Origin: Nymphaea colorata
Lineage: Eukaryota
NCBI RefSeq assembly: GCF_008831285.2
Contig: NC_045138.2
Span: 11,594,001 to 11,658,000, forward strand
DNA length: 64,000 bases
Direction of reading: 5' to 3'
Shown here: positions 12,701 to 24,179 of the stretch, piece by piece
Layout of the letters: each line of letters starts with the position of its first letter
How positions within the stretch are numbered: position 1 is the first letter of the stretch
Position numbers and translations under genes: made by a program
The notes under the pieces: model-generated
Told to the model about the DNA's origin: nothing
The model's input: the letters and a program-made list of their open reading frames with translations, nothing else
Databases searched by the model: none

Positions 12701-13077
12701 TGATAGGTGCGCAGATGTCTCTTCTTGCGACCATACATCTTTGCAAGCACAGTCCACATATCGAAAGAGGTCGGCTTCCGCAGAATGAGGGGCTGGATAT
12801 CGGAGGACACGGAGCTGATAATCCACACCTTCACCTGGCTGTCCTCCAACGCCCACGTCGCCCATTGAGGATCAGATTTGATGGGCGCAGGTTTGTCGCC
12901 AGTGATGTAAGAGAGACGCCCACGGCTAGTAATCCCAATCTCGAGAGCGGCAAACCAAGATAGGTAATTGTCCTTGGTCAGACGGATGGAGGTGACCTGG
13001 ATCGGCACGTTCTCAGTCTTGGAGGTGCTGCCCGCGTCAAGAACGGCATCTTTTTGAGTCCCCATCACTTCTGCCAT
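9769..13077 (-). CDS. Copia gag-pol polyprotein (Gag, zinc knuckle, protease, integrase, N-terminal RT), truncated at the foreign insert
   Basis: Motifs NYLSW (Gag), CTHCNKLGHSVDFC, WIVDSGATHHM, WHERLGH...[62 protein letters not shown]. Likely start MAEVMG at 13077. Confidence 0.93.
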   Translation of the reverse strand: MAEVMGTQKDAVLDAGSTSKTENVPIQVTSIRLTKDNYLSWFAALEIGITSRGRLSYITGDKPAPIKSDPQWATWALEDSQVKVWIISSVSSDIQPLILRKPTSFDMWTVLAKMYGRKKRHLRTYQIKRSIYSLTQGDLSVAAFYAALKTKWEELDYHVTDEWKCGSDHSLYWEKEWMDRTFLFLGGLRDEFESIRSQILNGDEIPGIEEVYARVESEEQRRQVMHLDTGHGPSAFVSRATGTGQRPARHCTHCNKLGHSVDFCWDLHPEKRLVRGRPPSGKRSPFVSDSRQSNPSSGAKSKLSPDQLKELQAYISRLSTTPEESSTSEGAQLAQALVASTDQGNPSLGDWIVDSGATHHMTGDSKLFQEYQLSSGKQRVSMADGSSISVAGKGSLSLLNKYRLHNALHVPNIPVNLLSVSSITKELNCNLIFSADHCSLQDLVTGKKIGIGSVTDGLYRLPVKVASALISATSGHLSGVNDRSTVLRWHERLGHLPFPLIKKLFPHLFASVSIDSFACEVCQLAKHVRASYPISLNKTTHPFALVHSDVWGPSGVPTCGGCHYFLMLIDDYSRCTFVYLLRERSEVPAVVKNFVAFVETQFHTTVQAFRTDNAREYVSQSLDDFLKGKGIVHETSCSYTPLQNGIAERKNRHLLNVTRAIMFQRHVPERYWGDALLTSAHLINRMPTKVLDGQSPYSTLWPTQNPWPLTPRVFGCSCFVHNHSPTLKKLDPRSIKGVFLGYSSTQKGYKCVDPTTSKVYVSRDVTFHEHESYFPVNPLQGECLGNKGEEYSSNQLIQFMEFLDYKVSPSVIDTVTVSNEKGSHMEGVTVDAQPIVARNHLFGQVYVRKEKATVEDVSDEDRTNPNPVISPDDPSPSNEELPIALRKGTRSCTSHPIQRFVSYAKLSTNYKCFITTLSKVVIPRSVDDAKDDPKWLHAMTEEMGALAKNKTWEVVDIPKGTHLVGSKWVYNVKYKLDGTVDRYKARLVAKGFSQKYGIDYLETFAPVAKLKTVRVILALAVHRKWRMDQLDVKNAFLNGHLEEEVYMSMPPGYVQEGKCCHLKKVLYGLKQSPRAWFERLRIVMKSTGYKQGNGDHTLFIVL

Positions 13078-13412
13078 CACAAACAAGCACACAGCAACAA
13101 GAGGCACAGAAACGGAGAGTTGACGGGAATGAGGCAGCGGCGGCGACGGGAATGAGGCAGCGGCGGCGGCGGGAATGAGGCAGCGGCGACAGAAGGCAGG
13201 CGACGTCACGGAGGACGGCGGCGGCAGAGCAGGGCGATCACTGTTCGACGGCGGCGGGAACGGACGACGGCGGCGGGAACGGAGAACGGAGGACGGCGGA
13301 ACGGAGCAGCGGCGCCGGAACTTCAACGGCGTCGGGCGACGAAAAACTTCCACGTCTAACGATCCGCGGAAAAAAAAAAAACTCTTCTCCAACTTCGATG
13401 GCTCTGATACCA

Positions 13413-13709
13413 TGTAGAAACACGAACCACGTAGAGGAAGAGGAGGAAGAACACACGATGTACGTGGAAAAACCTCGGACGAGGAAAAAATCACGAGGAA
13501 AAAATCACGGGAAGCTCTACCTAGGTGCACACCGCAACCCTAGGAGAGAGAAAATTCTATTTCACTTAATTCAACATTTGTACATAAGTGACAATATAAA
13601 GAAGGGAGAGAGGAGAAGCCGCCTAGGGTACCGAGCCCGCATCGGTACCCGCACCCCATAGAACCGGGTCCAGATATGGACCCGGTTCCCACAACAACAT
13701 ATTCTAACA
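13413..13709 (-). repeat. 5' LTR of Copia-1 (297 bp)
   Basis: Adjacent to the Met-tRNA PBS. Carries an extra 14-bp GAGGAAAAAATCAC copy relative to the other LTR. Confidence 0.97.
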
Positions 13710-14150
13710 AGTTTCAAGAAGATGATGCAAATGACGATGAGAATGGGAACGAAGATGAATGATGATGAGAATGGGAATGGGAATGAAGATGTAAATGATG
13801 AATGATGCTTAAATGATATTGTCACTTGATGTTTGCAGTGGACCAGTTCATCTTATGATGTATAAGAGCTTAAACTTATTTTTTGATATATCATAATTTA
13901 TGACATATGATTATGTTATGTTAAATTGATGAATGTTCATTGGTATAAACCTATATTTATGTGCGGCATGTCTTTTATAAAAAACATATGTTGATTCTTT
14001 TCCTTGATTTTTTCTCTTTTTTCGAGTTCTTTATTTTTTTATGATTTTTACTATACATTAGGACACATTATTATACAATGCAAGTATTGGCCCAGCTGAT
14101 ACATGTCATTGAAAAATGCATCTCAAGTACCCGACAAGCCATCATTTAGA
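13710..14150 (+). mobile_element. Decayed hAT 3' region, right part (acidic tail and AT-rich 3' end)
   Basis: The D/E/N-rich coding-like tail (GATGATGCAAATGACGATGAG...) continues directly from 8386 once the Copia is removed, and resembles the acidic tail of ORF 57517-57750. Confidence 0.65.
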
Positions 14151-15871
14151 CTTTTCTCTCTTCAATCACCAAACAATCAATGGTCAAGCAACTCCATCAG
14201 AACATGACATTTCTATAAATGTCCTTATCTAAGTACTTCAGGAAAAGACTCCTGTAAGAGAAACTACTAGCCAAAAGCCAGCCACTGATTATGTCTCATA
14301 AGCAGGGTGACAATATGACATTACTTAAGTTTTCTCGCATTTGCATCCCCATGCGTGGCACCAAGTTGAAGGTGCACTATCCCCATACCCAAGAGCCGAA
14401 GCAAGCTTAGACCTTGGAGGCCGAGGGGAAGAGGGGGAGGGGGGAACTTCGGCTTCCCGTACCAGATTGGCACCATGCAGTTATAGATGCAGCTTATGCA
14501 TCCAATGAAGAATTAGGCTTAACTCATTAACACTTTTATGCACGAAGTTAGCACTATGCATGGGAATTGGTTTGTCAATGGTCTTTATTTGGCTTATTGC
14601 AACTTTAAAAGTTCATATTTATCATGTTTCTATGTCTCAGCTATACAAGCTTCAAGTGCAAATTTAATTGTTTGGCTTAGCTTCTGTTGCTCTTACTAGC
14701 TTGCTGAACAATGTTCAGTCTACCAAGTGAATCTCTCATACCATGCACTTGGCTGAAATAGCCAAAGTCAATTTGCAACATTCCCCTGTTTGCAAAATCA
14801 TCCACATCCTGACTTTGTGACTTCCAAGGTAAAATTCTAACTGCATATTGTCTCCTTCTTTCATGGTCATTCTTATAGATATTTTGAAGCATTTGCGGTT
14901 CATCTATGTTTATCAATAACCTATCTTGTTTCATATGTCCAAAGGGATTACCTTGCCCCGAGCTCAATGCATAAAACTTGGCACATCAAATTTCATTCTC
15001 TGGTTGTGTCAAATCCTTGACACATGGTTTTAACAGATCAACTTACACGCCCATCAAGTGAATTCACTATAAGCCCTTGTTTGCCTTCCACATTTGAGAA
15101 AAGTTGTTTTCTTAGTCAGATCAACAATGATGGCACACACATTTGAGAAACTTTGTTTCCCTAGTCAGTTCAACTCACAATGAATTGTGTTGCTGAATAA
15201 TTAGCCGAAACCTTAATAGAGATGGTCAAACTAATACTGATGACACATAAAACTATTACTGATTTTTCTTCTGAGCATGTTGTTCGATTATTCCAGCTTA
15301 CATCTTAAATCACAAATATGTTAAGGACAAAATCATTAGCTCCTCATGAAATTTATGACCTCCCCAATTGCGACCTGAAGAGTTTGCAATCAAATGATCT
15401 CATTCTCAATGCAGCATATTAAGCCTTAGAAACAAAGAGAACTATATTGTTACAAGGTGCTGTGAACGATTGATAACATAGTCATAGCCTTCCTAATTGT
15501 TGTTTTTCCATTGAGTCATTGATACAATGATAAAGAAAGCTTGTTTGATTGTCAATTCATACTCTATATATATATATATATATATAAATAGAGAGAGAGA
15601 GAGAGGTATCTCCCATACGGCCATACCACTTAAGTTTTAAAAGCCAAACTCATTAAAATAGATTGTCGAAGATTTTTCTTCACACAAACTTAACTTATAG
15701 TTATTTTCCTACTAATGATTTGCAATGAAACATATATTAAGTCAATCATTTTTTATCTTAAAAATAGAAATAATATTGAATTAAAACATATTTTCTACTA
15801 AATTAGTATTTGGAAACATCCACACCATTCCAACCGACTGAATTTCATGAGAATGGAGAGAATGAACTTAC

Positions 15872-16062
15872 TCCAGTATGCCGAGCGGGAAGACGTGGAA
15901 GCTCTTGCTCTCGGTGGCTGTGGCTCCGATAAAGGCGCCCTCCAGGAGGCCGAGCCCCGTACCAGGTGTCAACACGATGTTGTCCGGGACTCCCTTCAGT
16001 ATAGTCTTCTCGTGAACCACCAGATTCCCGTTCTGGATGCTGATCTTTGGGGTGACCGTCAT
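15872..16062 (-). CDS. SIP2: GH36 seed imbibition protein / alkaline alpha-galactosidase (probable galactinol-sucrose galactosyltransferase 2), coding exon 1
   Basis: Translates [34 protein letters not shown]...HVFPLGILE, the characteristic SIP2/AGA N-terminus. Ends GA|GTAAGT (phase 2 donor). Confidence 0.93.
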
Positions 16063-19000
16063 TTTTCACCTCCCTCTTGACTTTCTCTGCAACTTCAAAT
16101 GCTCTGCAACTGGAAACAATCGTATAACTTACTCAAGGTTTTCAACCATCAAGGGAGAACAAAGAAGTAAATAGAGGTTCACGATTCTAAGGCTATACGG
16201 TTTTCTTTTTGAGGTGGTGTTGGGGAGTGGTGGGGTGTGGAAGATGAAGAAGAAACAATGGTTTCCTTCGTTTCGACTTAGCAAACCTCTGGAAAGTAAC
16301 TACAGCAGTCCCAACAACATGTAGATGATATATTGATCCAAGGAGGATGGTAAACGAACAAGAACATTCCAAAGCGTAACTTCTTCTCCACATTAAACCC
16401 TGCTTTCTCAACACAAATTTGAAAAGGCTATCGGCGGAACATGGGCCGTAGACCATTCTAGCGTGAAAAAACTTAATTAGATCTTATGACCGCCAAGACT
16501 GGCAGATGCTCAGCAAATTGGGACCCGCTTGTGACCAACTTTCTCAGCTTCGGCATCCATGACAAACAGAAACGGGCACCGGAAAAGCCTCGATCACGAC
16601 TAGGAAGTTCTCAACGAAAGGCACAAGATAGTGGTAGTTAGATGGTTATTTCAAGAAATAGGGTCCTCGCGGTGCCAGAGTTTTAATCGGTCTGTTCGTT
16701 TTGCCCACTGATCCGGGACATTCGATGGGAAATCATTAAATGCTCAGCAAAAAGAAATTAACGTTTCTGATCTCCTCAGCCTTTTCACCAGCTCCAACTC
16801 CTTTTTCTCACTTGAAGCCAACTGGAATACGCAGGTGGCTCTCGTGTGTGTTTATTTCTTAACAAGACAGACTTGTTGATGTCCTCCTAACAAAAGATTC
16901 GGCCAAGTTTTCCTACAGGTTTAAATTCAGTTTAATCCAACTTATCCCCAATCCCCATCCACTACGAGTAAAAGGAAGCAGAGGAAGGGGGGGAGAGAGA
17001 GAAAGAGCAAGGACTATTTGATAGCAAGAAGAAGACAGGTCTACTGTATTAAGATTTTTGCAGCATCGTAATGTACATCAAAAACTGAAGATCTTCAGAT
17101 ATTTTACATGCTCTACAGCGATTATAGCTATAAAAGTTTTAAAATTCAGAAAACTCAAGGTCCTGTAGCGGTTCGATTATTTTTTCCAAATAGCATGCAC
17201 CACGAAAAGAGCAGACCTACAGAATTACTATTTTTCCTACCGAACGCCCTTGACTACAGTTTCTCAAAGGCCAACCAACTCGACTTCGCAAAATCTGTCT
17301 GCTCTGCTCTAGAAAGAAACGGGCAGTGGTCCTCATCGTTTCAGGTGAGGAATCCATACGGCAGTTCGGGCAATTATAGGTTGCGTTTGATTATCACGGA
17401 TGGACCTGAAATCTGCGGTTTGTCACCGTAGATCTTTAGTCCTCAGTTTTGAGGTAACCCTTCAAATCGGATCTGAAATTCATACTGTTTATAATGTATC
17501 ATGGATTTACGGTCCACAATAGAGGTTGATACTGAACTTCACAGTTTACTAAAAACTATAAGTATCGGCTTTGTTTTCAGATCACATCAAACGTGAAATT
17601 CCTGGCAAATCAAACGCTATCAAGGAAAGCACAGAAAGTGCTATAAAAGTTGGAGCCCCTGGGCCCGGATGGTTACAGCTAAATGAAGGAATGGCGGTGG
17701 ACGCCAACAATTAAGAAGGTGGAAGGACTCCTCCAAACCCCCACTTTGGGTCCTCTACGCTGACCACTTCCAAACGGCTACATTCAATTAATGAATATCT
17801 GATAACAACATAACAAATATGGTTCATTGTTACCCACTAATTTCATACCATAAAACAATAAAATAATTATAAAATAGCTGCAGATAATATTAATGAATAT
17901 TGATAAACCTTTTGCAATATAATGGTTTAACCTGCAGACCATATGACAAAATAATTCTTCCCTTGATTTGACACTCATTCTGGAATATAGTTTTTGTTTT
18001 TTTGACGATCCAGATTAATGGCCGTAAAATTGACTAAGAATAAATTGTTACGCATATGAAACGAGTTTCCCTTTTCTATAAGGGATATCTTATGAAAGGT
18101 GATTTTCCTTTAAGATTTTACATTTGAAAGGCATATTTTCAAGTCATTTTCACAAAATTTAACTAAATTGTGTGCTCAAAATTATTTAATCAATATATAT
18201 TGAGTAATTTATGTGGATCGATACATTTTGAGGAGGTCAAGTTCAAATTCTGTAAACCTAAAGAGGTCAACTCTTCATTTTTAAAGCATATTTGTCATCT
18301 AGTATGATTATGGTTCCAGATTCCTCTTGGTAACTTAACCTCTTCAGGTTATTTGATTTGGCTAATCCAAGAAGAGATAAGGGATAGATGCCCGATAAAT
18401 CTCATTCAGCTATAGCCACAGTATTTGGATTACCCATCGAAAATTTGATTTTTTCAGAAAACTTGGTTTTGTAAAAATGAACATCTGTGGGTGTTCATTC
18501 ACGCAAAAATTAGACCTATTTTTCTAAAAACCAAACTAGTCAAAAAAAAAAAGGTATTTTGGAGGTTTCCTCTCCAAAACACTTTAGGTGCGTACCCAAA
18601 CACGCCCATAGATTTTTCTTATGCAAAAACCATCACCGAGCAACCAAGCATAAGTGATGTTTAAATATTCAACGGTGAGGCTTTTCCCTAGCTCTCGGGA
18701 CAGGCGAAGCAGTTGAGGATGACAGTTTGAAAGAGAATATGCTCTATGTCATAAAAGATACAGGGAAAAAGCCCACGAAATTTGCTGTTTCGAACAGGCA
18801 CCTTTGTCCTTCTCGGAGGGCAGTCGGCTCGGTCGAAAGAGTTACCGCGGGTTTCGAAATGTCATTCCTTCTCTCTTGGAGATGGCGGGGTTGGATCCCC
18901 GTACCCCCAGAGTACACAACGGAAATGATAAAGACGATTCTAGAAAAAGCTTCAAAATAGTAAACAAGTACTTGAGTCTAGACCTTCTGCTCATTCATCT

Positions 19001-19440
19001 AACAACCTAAACCCCTTGATTTGAGCACCCAAAGCCCAAATATTCCACATATCCAGAGCCGTTTGTCTGGAAAGTAGTTCTCAACCTTCATGACCTTTTG
19101 ATCAAAATCACAACAGCAAAATATTTTTTCTCCGAGAAACTGAACTTACCGTCCAATTTCTTCCAGGAAATAACTCATTCAAAAGGATATCCCATAAATT
19201 CAACAATAGATCAGTCCGCTGTTGTAATGAGGCTCTCACAAAGCCATCCCTGATTCCCGAATTTCACGGACCGACAATCTCATAAAACCCTAAGGCACAA
19301 CGATCAACTCCGTGAAGGAAGCCAATTTTTATATACGAATAGCAGCGCTAAGATCCTGATATTAATGCGACGGTTCCCCCCAGTCAATCCGCCGCCAGTA
19401 GAATTTCCTAAACCCTAGCTATCGATCTCCATGGACTTAC

Positions 19441-19720
19441 CTTCAAATTCCTCCGACGACGATGAAGAACGCCTTCAGATCTCTAGCGCAAGAGAGAGAA
19501 GGAGAGGTGAAGAAGAAGGATAAGAAGAAGAAACCTTAGAAAACCAGGAAAGGAAGAAAAAAAACAAAGAAACGAAACCCAAAGAAGAGCAGTCCACGAT
19601 AGGCCTCCTCCTTGCACAGGCGAAGAAGAAGAGAAGAGAAGAGGAGACGCAAAAAAGCCTCACGAAGCTCCGCTTCTGTCGAAGTCGAACCGAAGGGCGG
19701 GGGTTCCTATAATATACGGC
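19441..19720 (-). promoter_or_regulatory. Putative promoter and non-coding first exon of the SIP2-like gene
   Basis: On the minus strand a TATA-like TATATTATAG (~19706-19716) is followed by a CT/TTC-rich leader ending at a strong AAG|GTAAGT donor (19440). A candidate TTTCCAG acceptor lies at ~16110, upstream of the ATG. The link to SIP2 is inferred. Confidence 0.5.
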
Positions 19721-22700
19721 CGGCCTGTCCGCCTGCCTACCTCTTCAACCGACGGATGGTCGACAGGTGTCCTGGAGGACATCTTGTCCGTTAAATAAGC
19801 ATTCGGGGGGTCCTTTTCTGCATCATGATTGCGACTTCTCTCTGCTTCGCGCGAAACGTCTAAAACCAACAAACTTGGGAATGAGACAAAAAAATCAAGC
19901 ATGTCCTTTTTAGCCTTTAAGTTTATTGAAATGTCGATAGTGTTCGAAGTGGGATATGAGGTGTATCGGGTCTCACCCGAAACCCGATCTAGAGAGCCTT
20001 AGAAAGGCCTTGGAGGCGTTCTGACCGATTAACATTGGTTTAATGCCTCTCAGTGTGTGTGGCTACACACCAGAGTTTGCTTACTTCCACGTAACTCAAA
20101 TACAGATCGAGTCTTTCGAAGTTTCCGTTTGACAAAGGGAACTCCACATTCAGGGGCGAAGGAAGGTCCCTCATCACATTTTGGAAAAAAAAAATAATTA
20201 TGTTTATATTTTTAATTGAAAAAAACCTAAAAAATGTTATTTAGTTTTTTCATAAATTTTGAAAATACCATTTAGCCATTAAAGAAAAACATCTGTTGTT
20301 TTCAGTTCCATTACCAAATGCCCTTTCTTGGAACCTGAAAGCATAGCTGGTTGACTTACCGAGTTACAATTGCTCGAATCAAGTCAAAGTCGGCCTGACT
20401 CATCCTAACTCAATTCAAATTATTTTAGAACTCATTCGAGTGGATGAGTTAACTTACTAACCCGATGAAGTCATCTGCTGATCCTGATCAAGGTTACAGG
20501 TTACTAACTATAACCATGAGGGAGGAGAAGAGACGGAATAGCTTATGGCAGCCGCGGCGGCGCGGCCTGGATCCAGCCCCAGAAGACACCAAACTACGCA
20601 ACGATGTTCCGCGTTTGCAGTAACGGGGGGCAGGTGAGGAACGCGTCAGGTCGTCCCCATCCTTGCGGTTCTGGTTCTTCCATGTCAAAAGACTGACAGA
20701 ATCTCACACTTGGCCCAACAATTAGCATCGGATCTGGGGGCCCTTGTCGTGTTTGGCGACACGCATCGATAGTCCCGCTTTCGTACTCCCACTCTATTTC
20801 CACGTTAAACAACACGCACAAAAGGATGTTCTAGTCCTCGGGAGATCTGCCCTCTCCTTGCTGTATCGTTCCATCACCAAGATTCCAGAATATCCCAGTA
20901 TTCCGCATATTTTATAATTTATGTTGAACTGTTTTGAAAAAAAATTCCAGTTACGAGTTCAGGAATTTTGTACGAGAGAAGCCGAATGATGAGGCTGAAA
21001 TGTTTAAAATTTTTATATAAAATAAAAAAAAATAAAAATTTGACATAAATTTTGAAGATCCTACAATATTCAAATCAATACTTGAGAGGATGCAAGTAAA
21101 CCATGCTAAGTCATAGCGTTGGCCTTTCGACAACATATAAATCATGCCAATGTAAACCCTGAGACAATGTAGTGGTTGTTTGCAACCAACATGGGGATCG
21201 AGAGACCATGCTGTATATTATTGACCAGCAAATGCTAACATAAAAGCAGTTATGGAGAAGAGAAATCAGTTGATCAATGGAAGTCATATTATAAAGAGAG
21301 GACCTATATAATGCATGTAATTCAATAAGTAAATAAAAAAAAATTATGTTCTTATTCCTTTTATCCTTTTTTGTTTCCTTCTCTATTTTATCTCCACTTT
21401 GTTCTTTGGTTTCTTCAATCTGTTATCTTCCTTGTGATTTTTCTATTTCTTATTTACTTTCCATCAAATAATGCTTTAATATCTTCATTTTTTATTTTTG
21501 GTGTTTTGCCTTTATATTAGGTTCATGTGTAAATCAAGGAATCTCTACTTCACATCATACTTTCTTTGATATTTGTTGTAACAATTTGTGTTTTGTTGCT
21601 TAGACCATGTAGTAGGACCACAATAGGAGTTCGAGCCCACCTCTATTATTAATAGCACAATGTTAATTGAAACTCAAGGATAATTATACCTTAACTCTAA
21701 TGTGTCAATCTTGTTCTTGGAGCAAGTAATTACCATTGAAATTCTCAAATAAGCTTACCTAAATTAGGCATTCACTGATTTCAGTCTAAACATGTTTAGA
21801 TTATTAGAGCATACAATTCATGTTTATTTAGAATTGAAACAAATTGGATTTAGTGAATCCTAAGTTCTAAATATTAAATTAGATTGTAATGTACTATTAT
21901 TTTCAAAGTCTAGGTTAAGTTTCCTTTATTCTTACATTATGATCATAATGACACTTAAATACTTAGACAATGGAAGGGCAAAACTTAGTCATTGACCTGA
22001 TTACCTTTGGTAAGGCACCAAGAATGGTAAAGCCTTGTAATGGATCCGGTACTATCTCCACAGAGATTCCATCTAAGTCAGACGTATTTGAGTCAAATGA
22101 TGAACAATTGGCATGTGGAGTGATCAAATATATATATATATATATATGCATGTATGTATATATAGTTGTTCCTTAACTAGACGCAACCACCCACAGCCTC
22201 CCCCTTCTGTGAAAAGGGTGTAAATATTTTAAAGTAGAGTTTTCCACTACTTTCATTTTCTTTATAGTGTCTAAGCCATTTAAACTTAGTTCTAAGCGTG
22301 ACGAGAAAATGTGGTAAGTGAGACAGAGAGGGAGAGAGAGACAAGTGACAATTAGTAGCGCTCTTTTTGTCATTAAAGGTCCTTATGGATAAAATCATCC
22401 ACTCTCCCATGGTTCTTCATTTCGCTGTAGCGCAGTGTTGCAATGGCGTCAGAACTACATCAGAACGCAGCCCTAGTGCGTCACAGTTACACGACGCTTA
22501 CTCTTTGAAGAATTTCCGGATTTGTAAAGTGTCTCAAGTATTGTAGAAATTCATATGCTTTTTTGTAATGTCCAACACAGTACGCCTATATGTAATAAAT
22601 ACAAAAAAACTAAATATATTTATAGATATCTTATCAAAGACAGGATGAAAACATGATTGAATAAAAAAATAATTGAGCGTTAGCATTCTCTTAAATAGAA

Positions 22701-23065
22701 ACAAAATTTATAAGTAAGTTGGTTTTATTTGAAGGCCATTCCTAGCACAGTTAAATAATTTTTCAAAAAAGAAAAAAATAAATGGCCTCGTCACAAATTT
22801 GGGAAGGAAGGATACCAAAATAGTTCAAATGCGCTAAAGACGGTACTCCACAAATAGTTACCTCTATAAGTTGTAGCACATAAACTGGAGGTCTTCATTG
22901 TTAGAACACAAGCTTAGTTAGTTAATTATTTAAAAATAAGTTACGTTCATTATCTCCTTATAAGATGCTTTGTTCAAGTATTCTGTGTAAGCGCATGTGT
23001 GGAGGAGCCGTTTTCTGTATAATGTCGAAATCAAAGAGAATGAATTAAATAAAATGGCAGAAAGA

Positions 23066-23477
23066 TATTCTTCAACAATTTCCTAACGACATCGAGCGAA
23101 AAATGCCAATTATCTAGTTATATCAAGTGTGTCTGGTACCAAAATATATGTAACGTTATAGAAAACGGCCCAAATGCACTTGCAAAACTAGATTGGAGAA
23201 ATTTGATGAGCTTTTTAAGCAAGAAAAATCTTTTTCAAATGAGATAGATATCATGGGCATATCAATGAAGTCAACCAGGTATTCTTCAACCATTTCCTCA
23301 CGACATCAAGTGCCTAAAGAACCGAAAAATAACAATTATCTGATTATATCAAGTATGTAAGGTACCGGAAAATGTGTAACGTTATAAAAAACGGCCTTAA
23401 CGCACTTACAAAACTAGTTTTGGGAGATTTGATGAGATTTTTAGGCAAGAAAATTTTTTTTCAAATGAGATAGATAT
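23066..23477. repeat. Diverged ~214-bp-period tandem duplication downstream of the F-box gene
   Basis: 23066-23251 and 23280-23477 share TATTCTTCAAC...GTAACGTTATA...TTTTTCAAATGAGATAGATAT. Confidence 0.85.
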
Positions 23478-23680
23478 ACGTAGACAAAAGAAAATGTGAG
23501 ACACTCGCATGAAGAAAATTCAAGACATGATTTTTTTTTTTAAAATTATAGGTAAACCAGGTTCGTTCTCCAAATGAAAATTTCCATGAACAAAAAAACA
23601 GTTTCCTTCATTCCTTCTCACGGTCGGGAAGAAGGAAATGCCACCAACAGAGCGTCCACAGCTAACCGGCGGCCATTTCT

Positions 23681-24179
23681 TTAATCACTCTCGCTCCCTG
23701 CGACATCATCTTCGTCGTCGTCCTCCTCCGACGAAGTGTCATACATCTCAAAATCCGGATCTTTAAACACCGTCTTCACCAGGCAGCGCTCCTCCAAGTC
23801 ACCCTTCATTTCCACGTTCCAGCAGCCGCGGATGTCAAGGTAAAGCAGCGCGGCGCAGCCCAGGAGAATGGCGTCCAGCCCCGCGTCGCCGAACCGGCCA
23901 TAGCCCATCTCGAGATGCTTCAGCTGTCGCATGGTGGACGCCACGGCGAGGGCTTCGCGGTCGTCCGGCCGGTCCGGACCCGGAAAAGGCGGCATGTGCC
24001 GCTTGAAATAGAGAAGCGACTTACAGTGCCGGCCGATCGCCTCGATGCCCGAAGGTCCGACGTTGATGCAGTAGCTTATGTCCAGCACCGTGAGCTTGGA
24101 AAACCTGTCAGCGAACTTGACGACGACCGCATTTCTCACCGCGCTCAGGGGCAACCGCAGGGTCTGCAGACACGGGGAG
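23681..24179 (-). CDS. F-box protein (FBW2/SKIP1-like), exon 2; spliced product 281 aa
   Basis: TGCAG| acceptor in phase. LRR motifs LTVLDISYC, IEAIGRHCKSL, DDREALAVASTMRQLKHLEM, LLYLDIRGCWNV, then an acidic tail and TAA. Confidence 0.9.

Larger units (their letters stand above)
8387..13709 (-). mobile_element. Ty1/Copia LTR retrotransposon (short-LTR, Ale-like), young, RT core disrupted
   Basis: LTRs at 8387-8669 and 13413-13709 (TG...CA). 5-bp TSD AGTTT (8382-8386, 13710-13714). PBS TGGTATCAGAGC (13401-13412). PPT TTGAGGGGGAG next to the 3' LTR. Domain order is gag-PR-INT-RT-RH. Confidence 0.98.

Noticed and set aside
13078..13530. N-terminal ~150-aa Pro/Arg-rich extension of the 1253-aa ORF
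   Set aside because: It starts at a GTG inside the LTR and runs through the PBS and a GC-rich 5' UTR containing a 23-bp tandem repeat. Being stop-free is explained by composition, and Gag homology begins near 13077.
21100..22070. Possible Gypsy (Athila-like) solo LTR; similar vague TE-like tracts at ~27.0-28.3 kb and ~29.7-30.2 kb
   Set aside because: Termini and TSD could not be defined by eye, so these were not called.
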